This document shows, in pieces, positions 33,379-44,981 of a stretch of 64,000 bases of DNA (its first letter is position 1; each line of letters begins with the position of its first letter). The notes under the pieces were generated by a model. It had not been told where the DNA came from. It saw only the letters and a program-made list of their open reading frames with translations, and made no database searches. This DNA is from Octopus vulgaris (taxonomy: Eukaryota). The stretch spans positions 30,318,001 to 30,382,000 of the forward strand of contig OX597833.1 of the NCBI GenBank assembly GCA_951406725.2. The letters are read 5' to 3'. The position numbers and the translations under genes are program-made.

Positions 33379-34229
33379 GTAAGAAAGTTTCTTGGAACAA
33401 AATAAAATGCCAAAACTTAATTCGACAGTAATCTCTTTAGAATAGTGGAAACCTTGGAAAAATATTTCTGAAATAGAATTTGTTAGGAATAGCAGCACAT
33501 TAGATTCATACAATGTTGACAACCAATGGAAATACTAACTGTAGAACAAAGAAATCCCATTCATTAATGGCCAGTTTTATACATTTGATTGAATGACAAT
33601 GAATGAGTGTGCACCACCTCATGCCTGTGTAATTAACCCTAAAATTATTAAAAGCAATGTTGAACTTAATAGAATTTGAACTTAGGACAATGAAAATTCA
33701 CCAAACATAATCTGAGTTGTGTTTGCAACCTCATGTATTATTGCCCATGTTAGCACTCCTCTTCCCCTCATCCTCTACTGCATCATCATCTGTTTACTTT
33801 CAAGGCAGGAATTGGTTGGAGGCTGTGGAGGCTGCTGCTTCCAAAGACTAGGTGCATGTATGTACTTCTTGGTTTCTTGGTTTCATCTTGGTTTCTTCTG
33901 CTTTTCCTCTTTCTTCTTCATCATTATAATGATAATAATGATGATTTCCTTTATTGGCCACAAGAGTATTGATGGGTAGTCATCACAAGAACAGTCCACA
34001 ATTTGTGTGTGTATGTATGTGTGTATTGGTGGGGGTGGTATGTACATAAAAGTTGAGAAGAAAGAACTGGAAAAAATGGTAAAATGAGATAAAAGCATAC
34101 ATAGTACACAAAGTATGTGATAACATGAACGATGCAGTCCTGATACAGTAGAAAATCCAAACAGAGCAAGTTAAGGAACCCCAAAGATCCAGGATTACCC
34201 TGACCATCATAGGCGTGATCCCTCACTCA

Positions 34230-35589
34230 ACTGTTTTTCTCCAGTCAAAGCAGAAGCATGCTTACAATAAGGCCATTAACCCAAACCCTTTTTATGACAG
34301 TTACCCATCTTTTCACAGGCTCACTGGGAAGTAGTGCTTCCCTCTCCACCTTCAAAGTGGAACTTTAAAAAGTTGATGAGAGCTTGACCAAAGGAGAAGG
34401 TGTCTTTCCACAATTCTTTCAGCCTCGTCCACCTCACCTCTTTCACCATAGCCACTAAACAGAGGATCATCACCTGCTTTACCTTGTTAAAGGTGGGTGG
34501 TGAGGCAATCCCCACAATGGATTCAGCCAATAGTTGGATTTGTTCCCCATGCAATAACAGCTGTTTGACATAACTTCACAGGTCAATATTTGGACATTGT
34601 ACGAGTGCATGTGGTTGGGATTTGTTGCTTTGTATTCATCTCAAACTATCTCACCTGATTGTACCTCTGTGCATGAAGGGTTTATCTCAAACCAGTACTC
34701 CTCGGTAGTGCTGCCAGACCAAGGATTTCTGGAAGTTATACATGATAGTACCAAGCCTAAAAGTCTTCTGAAACAGATCAGCTAGTTCAGCTTTATTGGA
34801 GTTTAGAATATTCTCAAAAATATTATAACTCCTACCCACCAGTAGACTTATATATATTACTAATACAGAACTTACATTGACTGCATTGTCTGACTGGTAG
34901 AGGGCAGTGATTGCATTCTAGGTACCAGTTACCCAAGCTTGGTCTTTTCTTAACCAGGACTGTAGCTCCACCAAAGATTTGAGCTGTGGAAAAGTGTGTC
35001 TCAAATACATAGCTCACACTGGCTCACTATCAAGGAAAATTTGTAAGTGGCATCACTGCAGCATGTATCTGTGCACCAACAGTCATGGCTTGTGAAGCCT
35101 ACCTTCCAGAGGACACTGGTAACAGAAGGACCATCTTCCAGGAAGCAGAAAAGTAAATGCTCCAGTCTGGCCACACATGGACTGGAGCCAAGCACAACAG
35201 TTAGGTGATAAGTTATTAGGGAGGCAATGTAGGCATTAACCACCTCTGCTTCACCTTTCAGAGAGAATTTCCTCTCAGCCCATTTCTGAATAAGATTGGC
35301 CACCTGATTTTAACCTCATCTGAGTTCTTGGCAAAATCAAATCCCAAACAACTTCATTGGTCTGTCTGTTCGTTGACCTGTTATGCTGTTCATTGGCATA
35401 GACTTGCTTCTCCAGGTGCTGAGCTGCAAGCCTACTGACTTGTTTGGCTTAATCTTTGCTCCTGTTTTATCTCAAATTCCTTGTATGATGTCTAACAGGA
35501 TTATGGTAATATTATCTGAATATACTGACACAGCTCTCCTACATCCCAGTTCTAGATTCTACAGCAAATGCTGGAATGTCAGGAGATTT

Positions 35590-35649
<60 letters not shown>

Positions 35650-36720
35650 ACTCCTGATGTATTGAGCACACAATGTGAAATGGTTCCATGAGGTAGCAGC
35701 TAACTCTGACTATGGAGCAAGCACCACTGTGCTTTGCTGTGATCCAGCCACTGAAAATGGGTAAAAAACTGGCTGCTTTTAGGACTACTACCAAGACTGG
35801 TTCAAACTGATCAGGGCCCCATCAATACCAGATTTTTTATCCATTCCTTCTACGATGTAATGCATGAAGTAGAGGTTGTCATAGATGGATCTAGTGGAGA
35901 CCGTACACATTTGCAATTCTCCAACCAAACCATCTATGATGAGAGCTGACATCTTTGCTAAAACTTTAGTCAAAATTTTAAACTCTACATTTAGCAAGGT
36001 TATGGGCTGGAAATTGTTTATAATATCCCCATTTTTTGGCATCCTTTCTTAGCAACGTTAAACCTCCCCCCAGCTCACAGAACTGGGAATTCTCCTGTTT
36101 TGCTGCCAGTTGTGATAGACATTTGTCAAGAGGTCACCAAACAACTCTGGAATATAACCATAAACTCATTGGGTAGATCCAAACCAGGCAATGTGTTCCT
36201 TGCACAACCACCCAGTACTTCACGTGTTTCAGTTGCTGCTGTTGGCCTTTCACAATTCCTTGACTCTTCTTCGAAGAGTCATGGTAGGTCATCAAGATAG
36301 GCACTAAAGTTCATAATTCTCTATCACCTTCTCTGAAGTGCTGCAGGAAGGCCATACACATTAGCTTGGAACTGTGCAGTACATACCCATCCTGATCTGT
36401 TAAAGACTGAATTGTAGCTTTGTTGCCTCCACCATCCAAACCCATCAACAGCTTTTGTTCTTTCTTGTTTTAGCACATGAATTCTAGCCATGACAACACA
36501 GCCTTCATGTTTCATATTGTAGAAATGGACAAGCATCATTCTTGCTGCTAGCATATTGGTCTTGATATCATTTCTAATTGTCTCTTCTAGTTTACTAATA
36601 ACTCTTTCACTAATCTAGTTCTCTTTCTCACCAGCTCTTTACTAAATGCAATATCTAATTGCCTTCTTCAGAGTTCCTCACCACCTTTTGTTGACTGTTG
36701 CTCTTGTGAATTTGTCACTT
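34230..36720 (-). pseudogene. Highly decayed L1/Tx1-like LINE ORF2
   Basis: NFQPITLLNVEFKILTKVLA, RSIYDNL and KWAERKFSLKG fragments, interrupted by (GA)n at 35593-35646. Confidence 0.75.
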
Positions 36721-36804
36721 GTATAACCTAATGTGTATAACACATTAGTTTATACAATGTTATATTTGGTATGACCTAATCCTTCTCAGTCTTACATTTT
36801 ACAG

Positions 36805-36914
36805 CAGCTCAACAACTGCTTGATCATGTTTGGGATTTGCAACTGTGTAAAACTATTTTCAATGCCTGGCACCATGTCACACTCGAATCAGTTCAACAGA
36901 AAGAGTATTTTGAT
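36805..36914 (+). CDS. FBXL13: Host gene exon C
   Basis: ttttacAG acceptor (CAGCAG tandem) and GTGAGT donor. 110 nt, reads (T)AQQLLDHVWDLQLCKTIFNAWHHVTLESVQQKEYFD. The EYFD|RLEKGEN junction resembles invertebrate FBXL13 as I recall it. Confidence 0.8.
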
Positions 36915-37053
36915 GTGAGTTTCAACTTTGTAATCAAATGATTACATTTACTTTTATTTTTATACTATTTATTCAATAGGAATTGAGTAAGTATATCTGT
37001 CAATGTCTCCTAAGCTTCATATATATATATATACATACATATATATATATATA

Positions 37054-37484
37054 ACGTAAAGTATACTAGCCATCTCAATATAGCTAACCACTAAGGGTGG
37101 GTGTTACTGTAGCTTTTTGCCCCAGGAGATCATCGTCTCCAGCTGGCTTTAGGCACACTTTCTGTGACCTTATGATATTTGCAAAGGGAGGTCATCCCTC
37201 TCTCGTAAACCTAAGTATCACTTAGGTTTATGACAGAGGGATGACCTCCCTTTGCAAATATCATAAGGTCACAGAAAGTGTGCCTAAAGCCAGCTGGAGA
37301 CGATGATCTTCTGGGGCTAAAAGCTACAGTATGAGAGAGGGATGACCTCCCTTTGCAAATATCATAAGGTCACAGAAAGTGTGCCTAAAGCCAGCTGGAG
37401 ACGATGATTTCCTGGGGCTAAAGGCTACAGTAACACCCACCCTTAGTGGTTAGCCATTTTGAGATGGCTAGTATACTTTACGTT
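37054..37484. repeat. Foldback repeat element with internal ~101-bp tandem duplication
   Basis: AACGTAAAGTATACTAGCCATCTC at the left is mirrored at 37461-37484. The centre hairpin is TAAACCTAAGT..ACTTAGGTTTA. GAGGGATGACCTCCC occurs at both 37236 and 37337. Flanked by (TA)n. Confidence 0.85.
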
Positions 37485-37528
37485 GTTGAGCGGTTACTGT
37501 TTACATCTCGTTCAGAGATTTATTATTG

Positions 37529-37565
<37 letters not shown>

Positions 37566-37985
37566 CATTGTAAAATCTTTATCACAAAAACTTCAGGCCC
37601 AGAAAATACTTGAGTTTTGCTCAGTTGCTGACCTGCAAAGCTGAAGTTGGACCTACATCTAGGCACTGCTTGCATATCTAGGAAGATGGTAATGTTTCAC
37701 ACATACTGGAGGCACATTTGAGTGGTTAAGAAGATTGCTTTGGAGTTGTGTAGATTCAGGAGTAATCATACAAATTAGTTACTTTAATGGATTCAGGTTG
37801 ACCAATACTTCATGAGTGAAATTTAATAAACTGGTTGCAAACCTGTCATATATATGATACACAGAATGCTATATTTTAATCTAATACTGTTTCTGTTCAC
37901 ATAATTAGTATTCTGTTGTGTCTGGGAAGAGTCATTCTCTTTTAGTGCCTTATAATTTAACACACTCACTGATAAAATTTCAACT

Positions 37986-38159
37986 TTAACCAAATGACCT
38001 TCAAATACTGTTTATGATGATTTATTTATTTTTTATTTTTCTAAAATTTTCATTGCATCTTGCAACCTTTTTGAAAAGGTTGCAAGATGCAATGAAGATT
38101 TTAGAAAAATGAAAAAGAAATAAATCATCATAAACAGTATTTGAAGGTCATTTGGTTAA
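37986..38159. repeat. ~175-bp imperfect palindrome
   Basis: TTAACCAAATGACCTTCAAATACTG...CAGTATTTGAAGGTCATTTGGTTAA, centred near 38071. Confidence 0.85.
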
Positions 38160-38838
38160 TTGGCAAAGATACATTATAACAACCATTGTGCACAGATGTA
38201 CTGTTTTTTCTCTACTTCTACTTTACTAGCTTCTGTTTTTCAAGCTCACAAGATGCATACTACATCTGTATAGGTTCACTTGATGCACTATCTCTCTTAT
38301 TAACAGTAATACTTACTGTTATTGCCACCCAAACACTAATGACTTTGCATAATCATTCCTTCCCTGGATACATTCCTCTGACATTCTTTTGCTGTTTCTT
38401 CATCTACCAATAAAGAAACATTAAGATAGTGTTTCTGTGGCTATTGAGTTGTTTTGACTCTTATTTTTAGCAGTGTTGGTGCCAATTAGTCCCCTTGTCA
38501 CTTTAGTTGATGTATATATTCCTGCCTTTAAGTTGTAAAATTGCAATTTAGCCACCCATATTATTTATAATTTTCACTTTTACTATTTATGAAATCAGAA
38601 TATGATTTCAATGGAAATCTTATAAGCTGACAAGGTGAGGTGAATTTAACCCTAGGCATGTTAAAAGATGCATTAAGCATCAAAATGTGAAATCATCTGT
38701 GATCTGGCTATATCTGTGACTGTAGAGAGCTCACCTCCCTTTGTAATCATTAAGCTAGTGCTTCTGTGGCTATTGAGTTGTTTTGACTCTTATTTCTAGC
38801 AAAATTAGTGCTGTTTAGTGGCCTTTGTCACATTAGTG

Positions 38839-38879
<41 letters not shown>

Positions 38880-39072
38880 TAATACAAATAAGAAAATGGA
38901 GAAACAAATTTAGTTTGTTCATCAACTTACGGATATTATAATGTTGGATTATTTATTCATTTTACAAAAGGGAACATCAAAAGCATACAGAAATATTATA
39001 TAAATCAATAGATAAGATAATAATACAAATATAGATTTTAAAAGTCATATAAATTAATGAAATCCTAAAATT

Positions 39073-39210
39073 ACTTCTTACAGCTGTTTCAGCCTATGGT
39101 CAAAAGTGAATCTAATTTTCATTGCCTATAGATGTCAACATACTAAGGTTGTAGGAATTTAAAAAATATAATACTTATATGTTAAAAGAACCATAGGCCT
39201 CGTCAGAGGT
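39073..39210 (-). ncRNA. Type I hammerhead ribozyme with 10-bp stem II and ~89-nt loop II
   Basis: The minus strand reads ACCT-CTGACGA-GGCCTATGGT...ACCATAGGCT-GAAA-CAGCTG-TA/AGAAGT. The core is canonical and stem III is palindromic. Confidence 0.75.
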
Positions 39211-39382
39211 TATAATTAACTTTAAAAATATTAATAATAATACTAAACATGACGCATGTATTACTTAATATATAAAAATAAACAATAAACAAATATCCAA
39301 ATAACAGTATATTCGATAAATGATATCCCATAATGGGTTACACCCATAACCCCTATTTTACTTTGTACTATATATATATATA

Positions 39383-40292
39383 TAGAATCGAAGGGCCTTA
39401 GAGTCAACCTAGGTAAAACCAAAGTTCTAATAAGTAGGAAGGTAGACAAATCACAAACACCTTCACGTAGCTGGCCCTGCTCGATCTGTAGAAAAGGCAT
39501 AGGTAGAAACTCTATAAGATGCACCAAGTGTAAGCTATGGACACATAAGAGGTGCAGCAATGTCAAAGGAAGGCTAACTAGGAAGATAGTTTTTGTGTGT
39601 GGCAGATGCTCAGGAGCAATAAACACTGAAAATACGCAGAGACCATCTTCTGCCACATTCCAGAGAGAAAAACTAGAAATAGCTGATAGCTTCCGTTACC
39701 TAGGTGACCAAGTCAGTAGCAGGGGTGGGTGTGCTGAAAGTGTAACTGCTAGAGTAAGAATAGCCTGGGAAAAGTTCAGAGAGCTCTTACCTCTGCTGGT
39801 GACAAAAGGTCTCTCGCTCAGAGTAAAAGGCAGATTGTATGACGCATGTGTACGAACAGCTATGCTACATGGCAGTGAAACATGGGCCGTGACTGCTGAG
39901 GATATGCGTAAGCTCGCAAGAAATGAAGCCAGTATGCTTTGATGGATGTGTAATGTCAGTGTTCATACTCGACAGAGTGTAAGTAATTTGAGAGAAATGT
40001 TGGACCTAAGAAGCATTAGTTGTGGTGTGCAAGAGAGACGTTTGCACTGGTATGGTCATGTGGCAAGAATGGATGAAGATAGTTGTGTGAAAAAGTCCCA
40101 CACCCTAGCAGTTGAGGGAACCTGTGGAAGAGGCAGACCCAGGTTTTCCTGGGACGAGGTGGTGAAGCACGACCTTCAAACTTTAGGTCTCACCGAGGAA
40201 ATGACTAGAGACCGAGACCATTGGAAGTATGCTGTGCATGAGAAGACCCGGCAGGACAAGTGAGGCCATAATCCCGTGGCCTCTACATGGGT
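39383..40292 (+). mobile_element. RTE LINE 3' fragment
   Basis: GLRVNLGKTK, PHD-like block, FRYLG, MLHGSETW, RRLHWYGHVARM and GRGRP. One internal stop; 5' end at (TA)n. Confidence 0.92.
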
Positions 40293-40309
40293 CTTCACAA
40301 GTAGAGTTT

Positions 40310-42925
40310 CGACATGCCACCGGCACTGGTAACACATCTGCAATTTCCATTGATCGATTTCGATTCTGATCCTCACTTGCCTCAACAGGTCTTCACAAGT
40401 AGAGTTTTGTGTCCCAAGAAGGGAAGGTATGCATATGTAGGCTGGCTCCATCCCATGTAGAAAGCCATGGGTTATGGACTCACTTGTCCTGCCGGGTCTT
40501 CTTGCGCACAGCACACTTCCAGAGGTCTCGGTCTCTAGTCATTTCCTCAGTGAGACCTAAAGTTCGAAGGTCGTTCTTCACCACCTCGTCCCAGGAAAAC
40601 CTGGGTCTGCCTCTTCCACAGGTTCCCTCAACCGCTAGGGTGTGGCACTTTTTCACACAACCATCTTCATCCATTCTCGCCACATGACCATACCAGCGCA
40701 AACGTCTCTCTTGCACACCACAACTGATGCTTCTTAGGTCCAGCTTTTCTCTCAAGGTACTGACACTCTGCCGAGTATGAGTACTGACATTACACATCCA
40801 TCGGAGCATACTGGCTTCATTTCTTGTGAGCTTACGCATATCCTCAGCAGTCACGGCCCATGTTTCACTGCCATGTAGCATGGCTGTTCGTACACACGCA
40901 TCACACAGTCTGCCTTTCACTCTGTGCGAGAGGCCTTTTGTCACCAGCAGAGGTAAGAGCTCTCTGAACTTTTCCCAGGCTATTCTTACTCTAGCAGTTA
41001 CACTTTCAGCACACCCGCCCCCGCTGCTGACTTGGTAACCTAGGTAACGGAAACTATCAACTATTTCTAGTTTTTCTCCCTGGAAAGTGACGGAAGTTGG
41101 TCTCAGAGCATTTTCAGTGTTTATTGTTCCTGAGCATCTGCCACATACAAAAACCATCTTCCTAGTTAACCTTCCTTTGACATTGCTGCACCTCTTATGT
41201 GTCCATAGCTTACACTTGGTGCATCTTATAGAGTTTCTACCTACACCTTTTCTACAGATCGAGCAGGGCCATCTACCTGAAGGCGTTTGTGATTTGTCTA
41301 CCTTCCTACTGATTACGACTTTGGTTTTACCTAGATTGACTCTGAGGCCCTTCGATTCTAATCCCTGTTTCCACACCTGAAACTTCTCCTCCAATTCTGA
41401 TAGCGACTCAGCAATTAGAGCAAGGTCATCAGCATAGAGGAGCTCCCAAGGGCATCCTGTCTTGAATTCCTCCGTTATTGCCTGGAGGACTATGATAAAT
41501 AGGAGGGGGCTGAGTACTGAGCCTTAGTTGACCCCTACCTCTACCCGGAATTCTTCACTGTACTCGTTTCCAACCCTCACCCTACTAGCAGCGTCCCTAT
41601 ACATGGCCCACACAGCTCTCACTAACCATTCATCTATCCCTAGTTTCCTCATTGACCACCAGATAAGGGATCGGGGGACCCTGTCGAAGGCTTTCTCCAT
41701 GTCAACAAAAGCCAGGTACAGGGGCTTATCTTTGGCTAGGTATTTCTCCTGCAGCTGCCTTACCAGGAATATAGCATCAGTAGTACTTTTCCCTGGCACA
41801 AACCCAAACTGCATCTCATCTAAACTAACTCTCTCTCTAATTAGTTGGGCTATGACCCTCTCCATAACCTTCATCACCTGATCCAACAGCTTGATACCTC
41901 TGTAGTTATTTGTATCTAGGGCGTCACCTTTACCTTTGTAGCAGTTGACTATTATGCTGCTACACCAGTCATTGGGTATGACTCCTTTGTGCATCACCTG
42001 ATTAACTATACGGGTGACTAGGCTATAGCCGACACTACCAAACATTTTGAGCATCTCTGCAGTGATTCCTGATGGGCCTGGGGCTTTCCCTGTCTTCATG
42101 CTTCTAATTGCCTTAGCTACCACGGAACTATCAACTCGGATAGCTGGTCCCTCTGTTGGGTCAACATTCGGCAGACTCTCTTTATCCCATTCATTTTCTT
42201 TATTCAGCAACCTTTCATAGTGGCATCTCCAAACCTCTCTCTTTGCATCCTCATTTAGCGCAAGTGAACCATCTTCCATGCGAACATACTTCTCTCCTAC
42301 CACATCACGATTCTCTCTCACACACTGCCTTGCAACGCGAAACACCTCCAGTCTTTGGTCCTCACGGCGCAGAACATTGGCAAATTTTTTCTTATCTGCT
42401 TCCCCTCTGGCTAAATAAACCTGTCTCCTAGCTTCTCTTTTGGCAGTCTGATACAATTCCCTGCTACCCCCATTTTTCCAGAGCTTCCAAGCCTGTCTCT
42501 TTTCTCTAATAGCCCTGTCTACAATATTGTTCCACCACCACGTTATTCTAGGTTGAGAGAGGACTTTGCACCATCCACAGATCTGGTCAGTGGCTCTCAG
42601 CAGGTTGTCCCTTAGAAACGTCCAGCTGTCTTCTACCCCCTGTGATGCTCTATCCCCTTCTACTTCGTCAAAGGCTTCAAGTAATATGTCCCTAAATCTC
42701 TGTCCATTTGCAGGATCTTTAAGCTTCCAGATCCTTCTTCTCCATATTGGTCGTCTTCTGGTTGTCCTCCTAGTCCTGATCCTAAAGTCACTAACTACCA
42801 GTCTATGTTGTGGGGTACATTCTTCACCTGGGAAGGTTTTGGCATTTATAAGCAGCCATCTCTCCCTTTGCCTTGCAAGGATGTAGTCAATTTGGCTGGT
42901 ATGTTGGCCCGATCGGTAAGTTATA
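40310..42925 (-). mobile_element. RTE-clade LINE, 5'-truncated, ORF2 broken by a single in-frame stop
   Basis: ORFs 41524-42972 and 40480-41394 share one frame. Motifs are IDY/QH (APE end), YRGIKLL, QFGF, DMEKAFD, GVN*GSVLSP, YADD, a C4HC3 finger, and RRLRWYGHVARM. Confidence 0.95.
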
Positions 42926-43065
42926 TGCTCGTAAATTATAGGTAAAGACAAGGATAAACATGAGTTTATCAAGAATCAAAATTTAAAGAAAACAGAAAAT
43001 GGAGAAATATTGATGAACATCAATTGACTTACATCAATTATTATTCATTACAAATAGACTGCATT

Positions 43066-43180
43066 CCATTTAACAGCTGTTTCTGCTTCCAATGTTATAT
43101 GGTATTGCCATTAATATGCTAAAAATATTTGTCATATTTGGTAATAAAACTGATCTGAAACATGGAACTTCATCAGAGTG
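43066..43180 (-). ncRNA. Decayed large-loop hammerhead-like motif
   Basis: The minus strand reads CTGATGA-AGTTCCA...TGGAAGCA-GAAA-CAGCTGTTA. Stems I and II are imperfect. Confidence 0.4.
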
Positions 43181-43794
43181 AAGAATAAATAAAGAAGAAG
43201 AGCATAGAGAAGAAAAAGGGAAAAGTTGAACATGGCTGTAATCATACCATTTTGCTTGCATATCTTTTTGGGACATTAAGTAAATGACTAAGCCAAAATA
43301 GCAATTGGTGGGTTAATCCTTTGTACAGGAGGATGATAGGATGGATAAATAAAAAAAAAAAATAATAATAATAGTGGGATATGCCAATAGATTTTAGTTG
43401 GAGAAGGAGTGAAGATACAAAAAGGTTTTTGATTAATCATAATAATTTATAATAATTATGTTTGTAGCACTAATTTAAAGTATTAATCATAATAGATTAT
43501 CTATATGTGTGTGTAAACTTATGTTTATATTTGTGTAATAACAAATTCTCATTAGCCTACTTACTAATCTATTCTATATTAATTTATCATATGCTTGTTG
43601 TACTTTTGTTTTATCTCTTTACGTATAAATTATACATTGTATTTATATGTAATGCACTCAAAAATATATTTTTCACCTATTACCCTTTTTATATTTATTT
43701 TATTCACATATACATTACTTAAATAATTACAAACTATTTTTATATACATTCACTCTAATTTTTCTATTCATAATTATTTATTTGTTTACATCAT

Positions 43795-44120
43795 TATTAT
43801 CATCATTTAATGTCCGTTTTCCATGCTGGCATGGATTGGACGGTTTGGCTGGGGACTGGCAAGCCAGGAGGCCACAGCAGGCTCCAATCTGATCTGGCAG
43901 TGTTTCTACAGCTTGATGCCCTTCCCAATGCCAACCACTCTGAGAGTGTAGTGGGTGCTTTTTATGTTCCACTGGCATAGGAGCCAGTCAGGTGGCACTG
44001 GCATCAGCCATGTTTAGATGGTGCGTTTTACATGCTACCAGCATAGGAACCAGTTGGGGCGGGGGGCTGGCATAAACTACATTCGGATGGTGCTTTTTAC
44101 TTACGATGGTGCTTTTTACA
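43795..44120 (-). mobile_element. RTE 3'-UTR-derived fragment
   Basis: Reverse complement of the 51250-51497 tail (CCATGCCAGCATGGAAA..GGAC..AAATGATGATGA). Similar decayed pieces lie at about 45035-45300 and 47870-48030. Confidence 0.75.
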
Positions 44121-44461
44121 ATAGCATTAATTAATATACTGCTTACTTTATAATATTAACAGCTACCCATAATATATTGCTACCTATATTTTTATAGCCA
44201 CATTTACAATTACTTTTATTTGATACTTAATTATACTTTAGAGATATATATGTTTGATTACCATATCTTATTCTTTATTTTTATTTTCATTTTTATAACT
44301 TTGATAAATATACAGAGATAAAATAAAAGTGCAACAAGCATATAATAAAATAATAGAGAATAGATTAGTAAATAGGCAAATGAGAATTTGTTATTACACA
44401 AATATAAACATAAATCAAAACATTTATTACTTGGATTTGCTCCCTACACTCAACATACAAT

Positions 44462-44621
44462 AATAAGAAAATGTAAGGGTATATCTTTTTCTACCTCCAT
44501 TGAGATTAAAATGTTTTTAATTATACTAATTAATTTTTAAGTCTTGAATCAAAACAGCTGTTAGAGATGATATCCAATTTTGTAATTAATAAATAATTAT
44601 TAATTTAATTATCCCTATTTT

Positions 44622-44657
<36 letters not shown>

Positions 44658-44684
44658 GAATACCTGTACATCATCTCCAAACCT

Positions 44685-44746
<62 letters not shown>

Positions 44747-44775
44747 TAAGGTTTGGAGATGATGTACATGTATTC

Positions 44776-44821
<46 letters not shown>

Positions 44822-44981
44822 AAAATAGGGATAATTAAATTAATAATTATTTATTAATTACAAAATTGGATATCATCTCTAACAGCTGTTTTGATTCAAG
44901 ACTTAAAAATTAATTAGTATAATTAAAAACATTTTAATCTCAATGGAGGTGGTAAAAGATATACCCTTACATTTTCTTATT
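44462..44981. repeat. ~520-bp nested inverted repeat centred on (TA)n
   Basis: 44462-44625 mirrors 44817-44981, and the inner 44656-44686 mirrors 44748-44778. Confidence 0.88.

Noticed and set aside
33379-33431. Longer version of exon B
   Set aside because: Read-through hits TAA, whereas the GTAAGA donor at 33379 gives the phase required by exon C.
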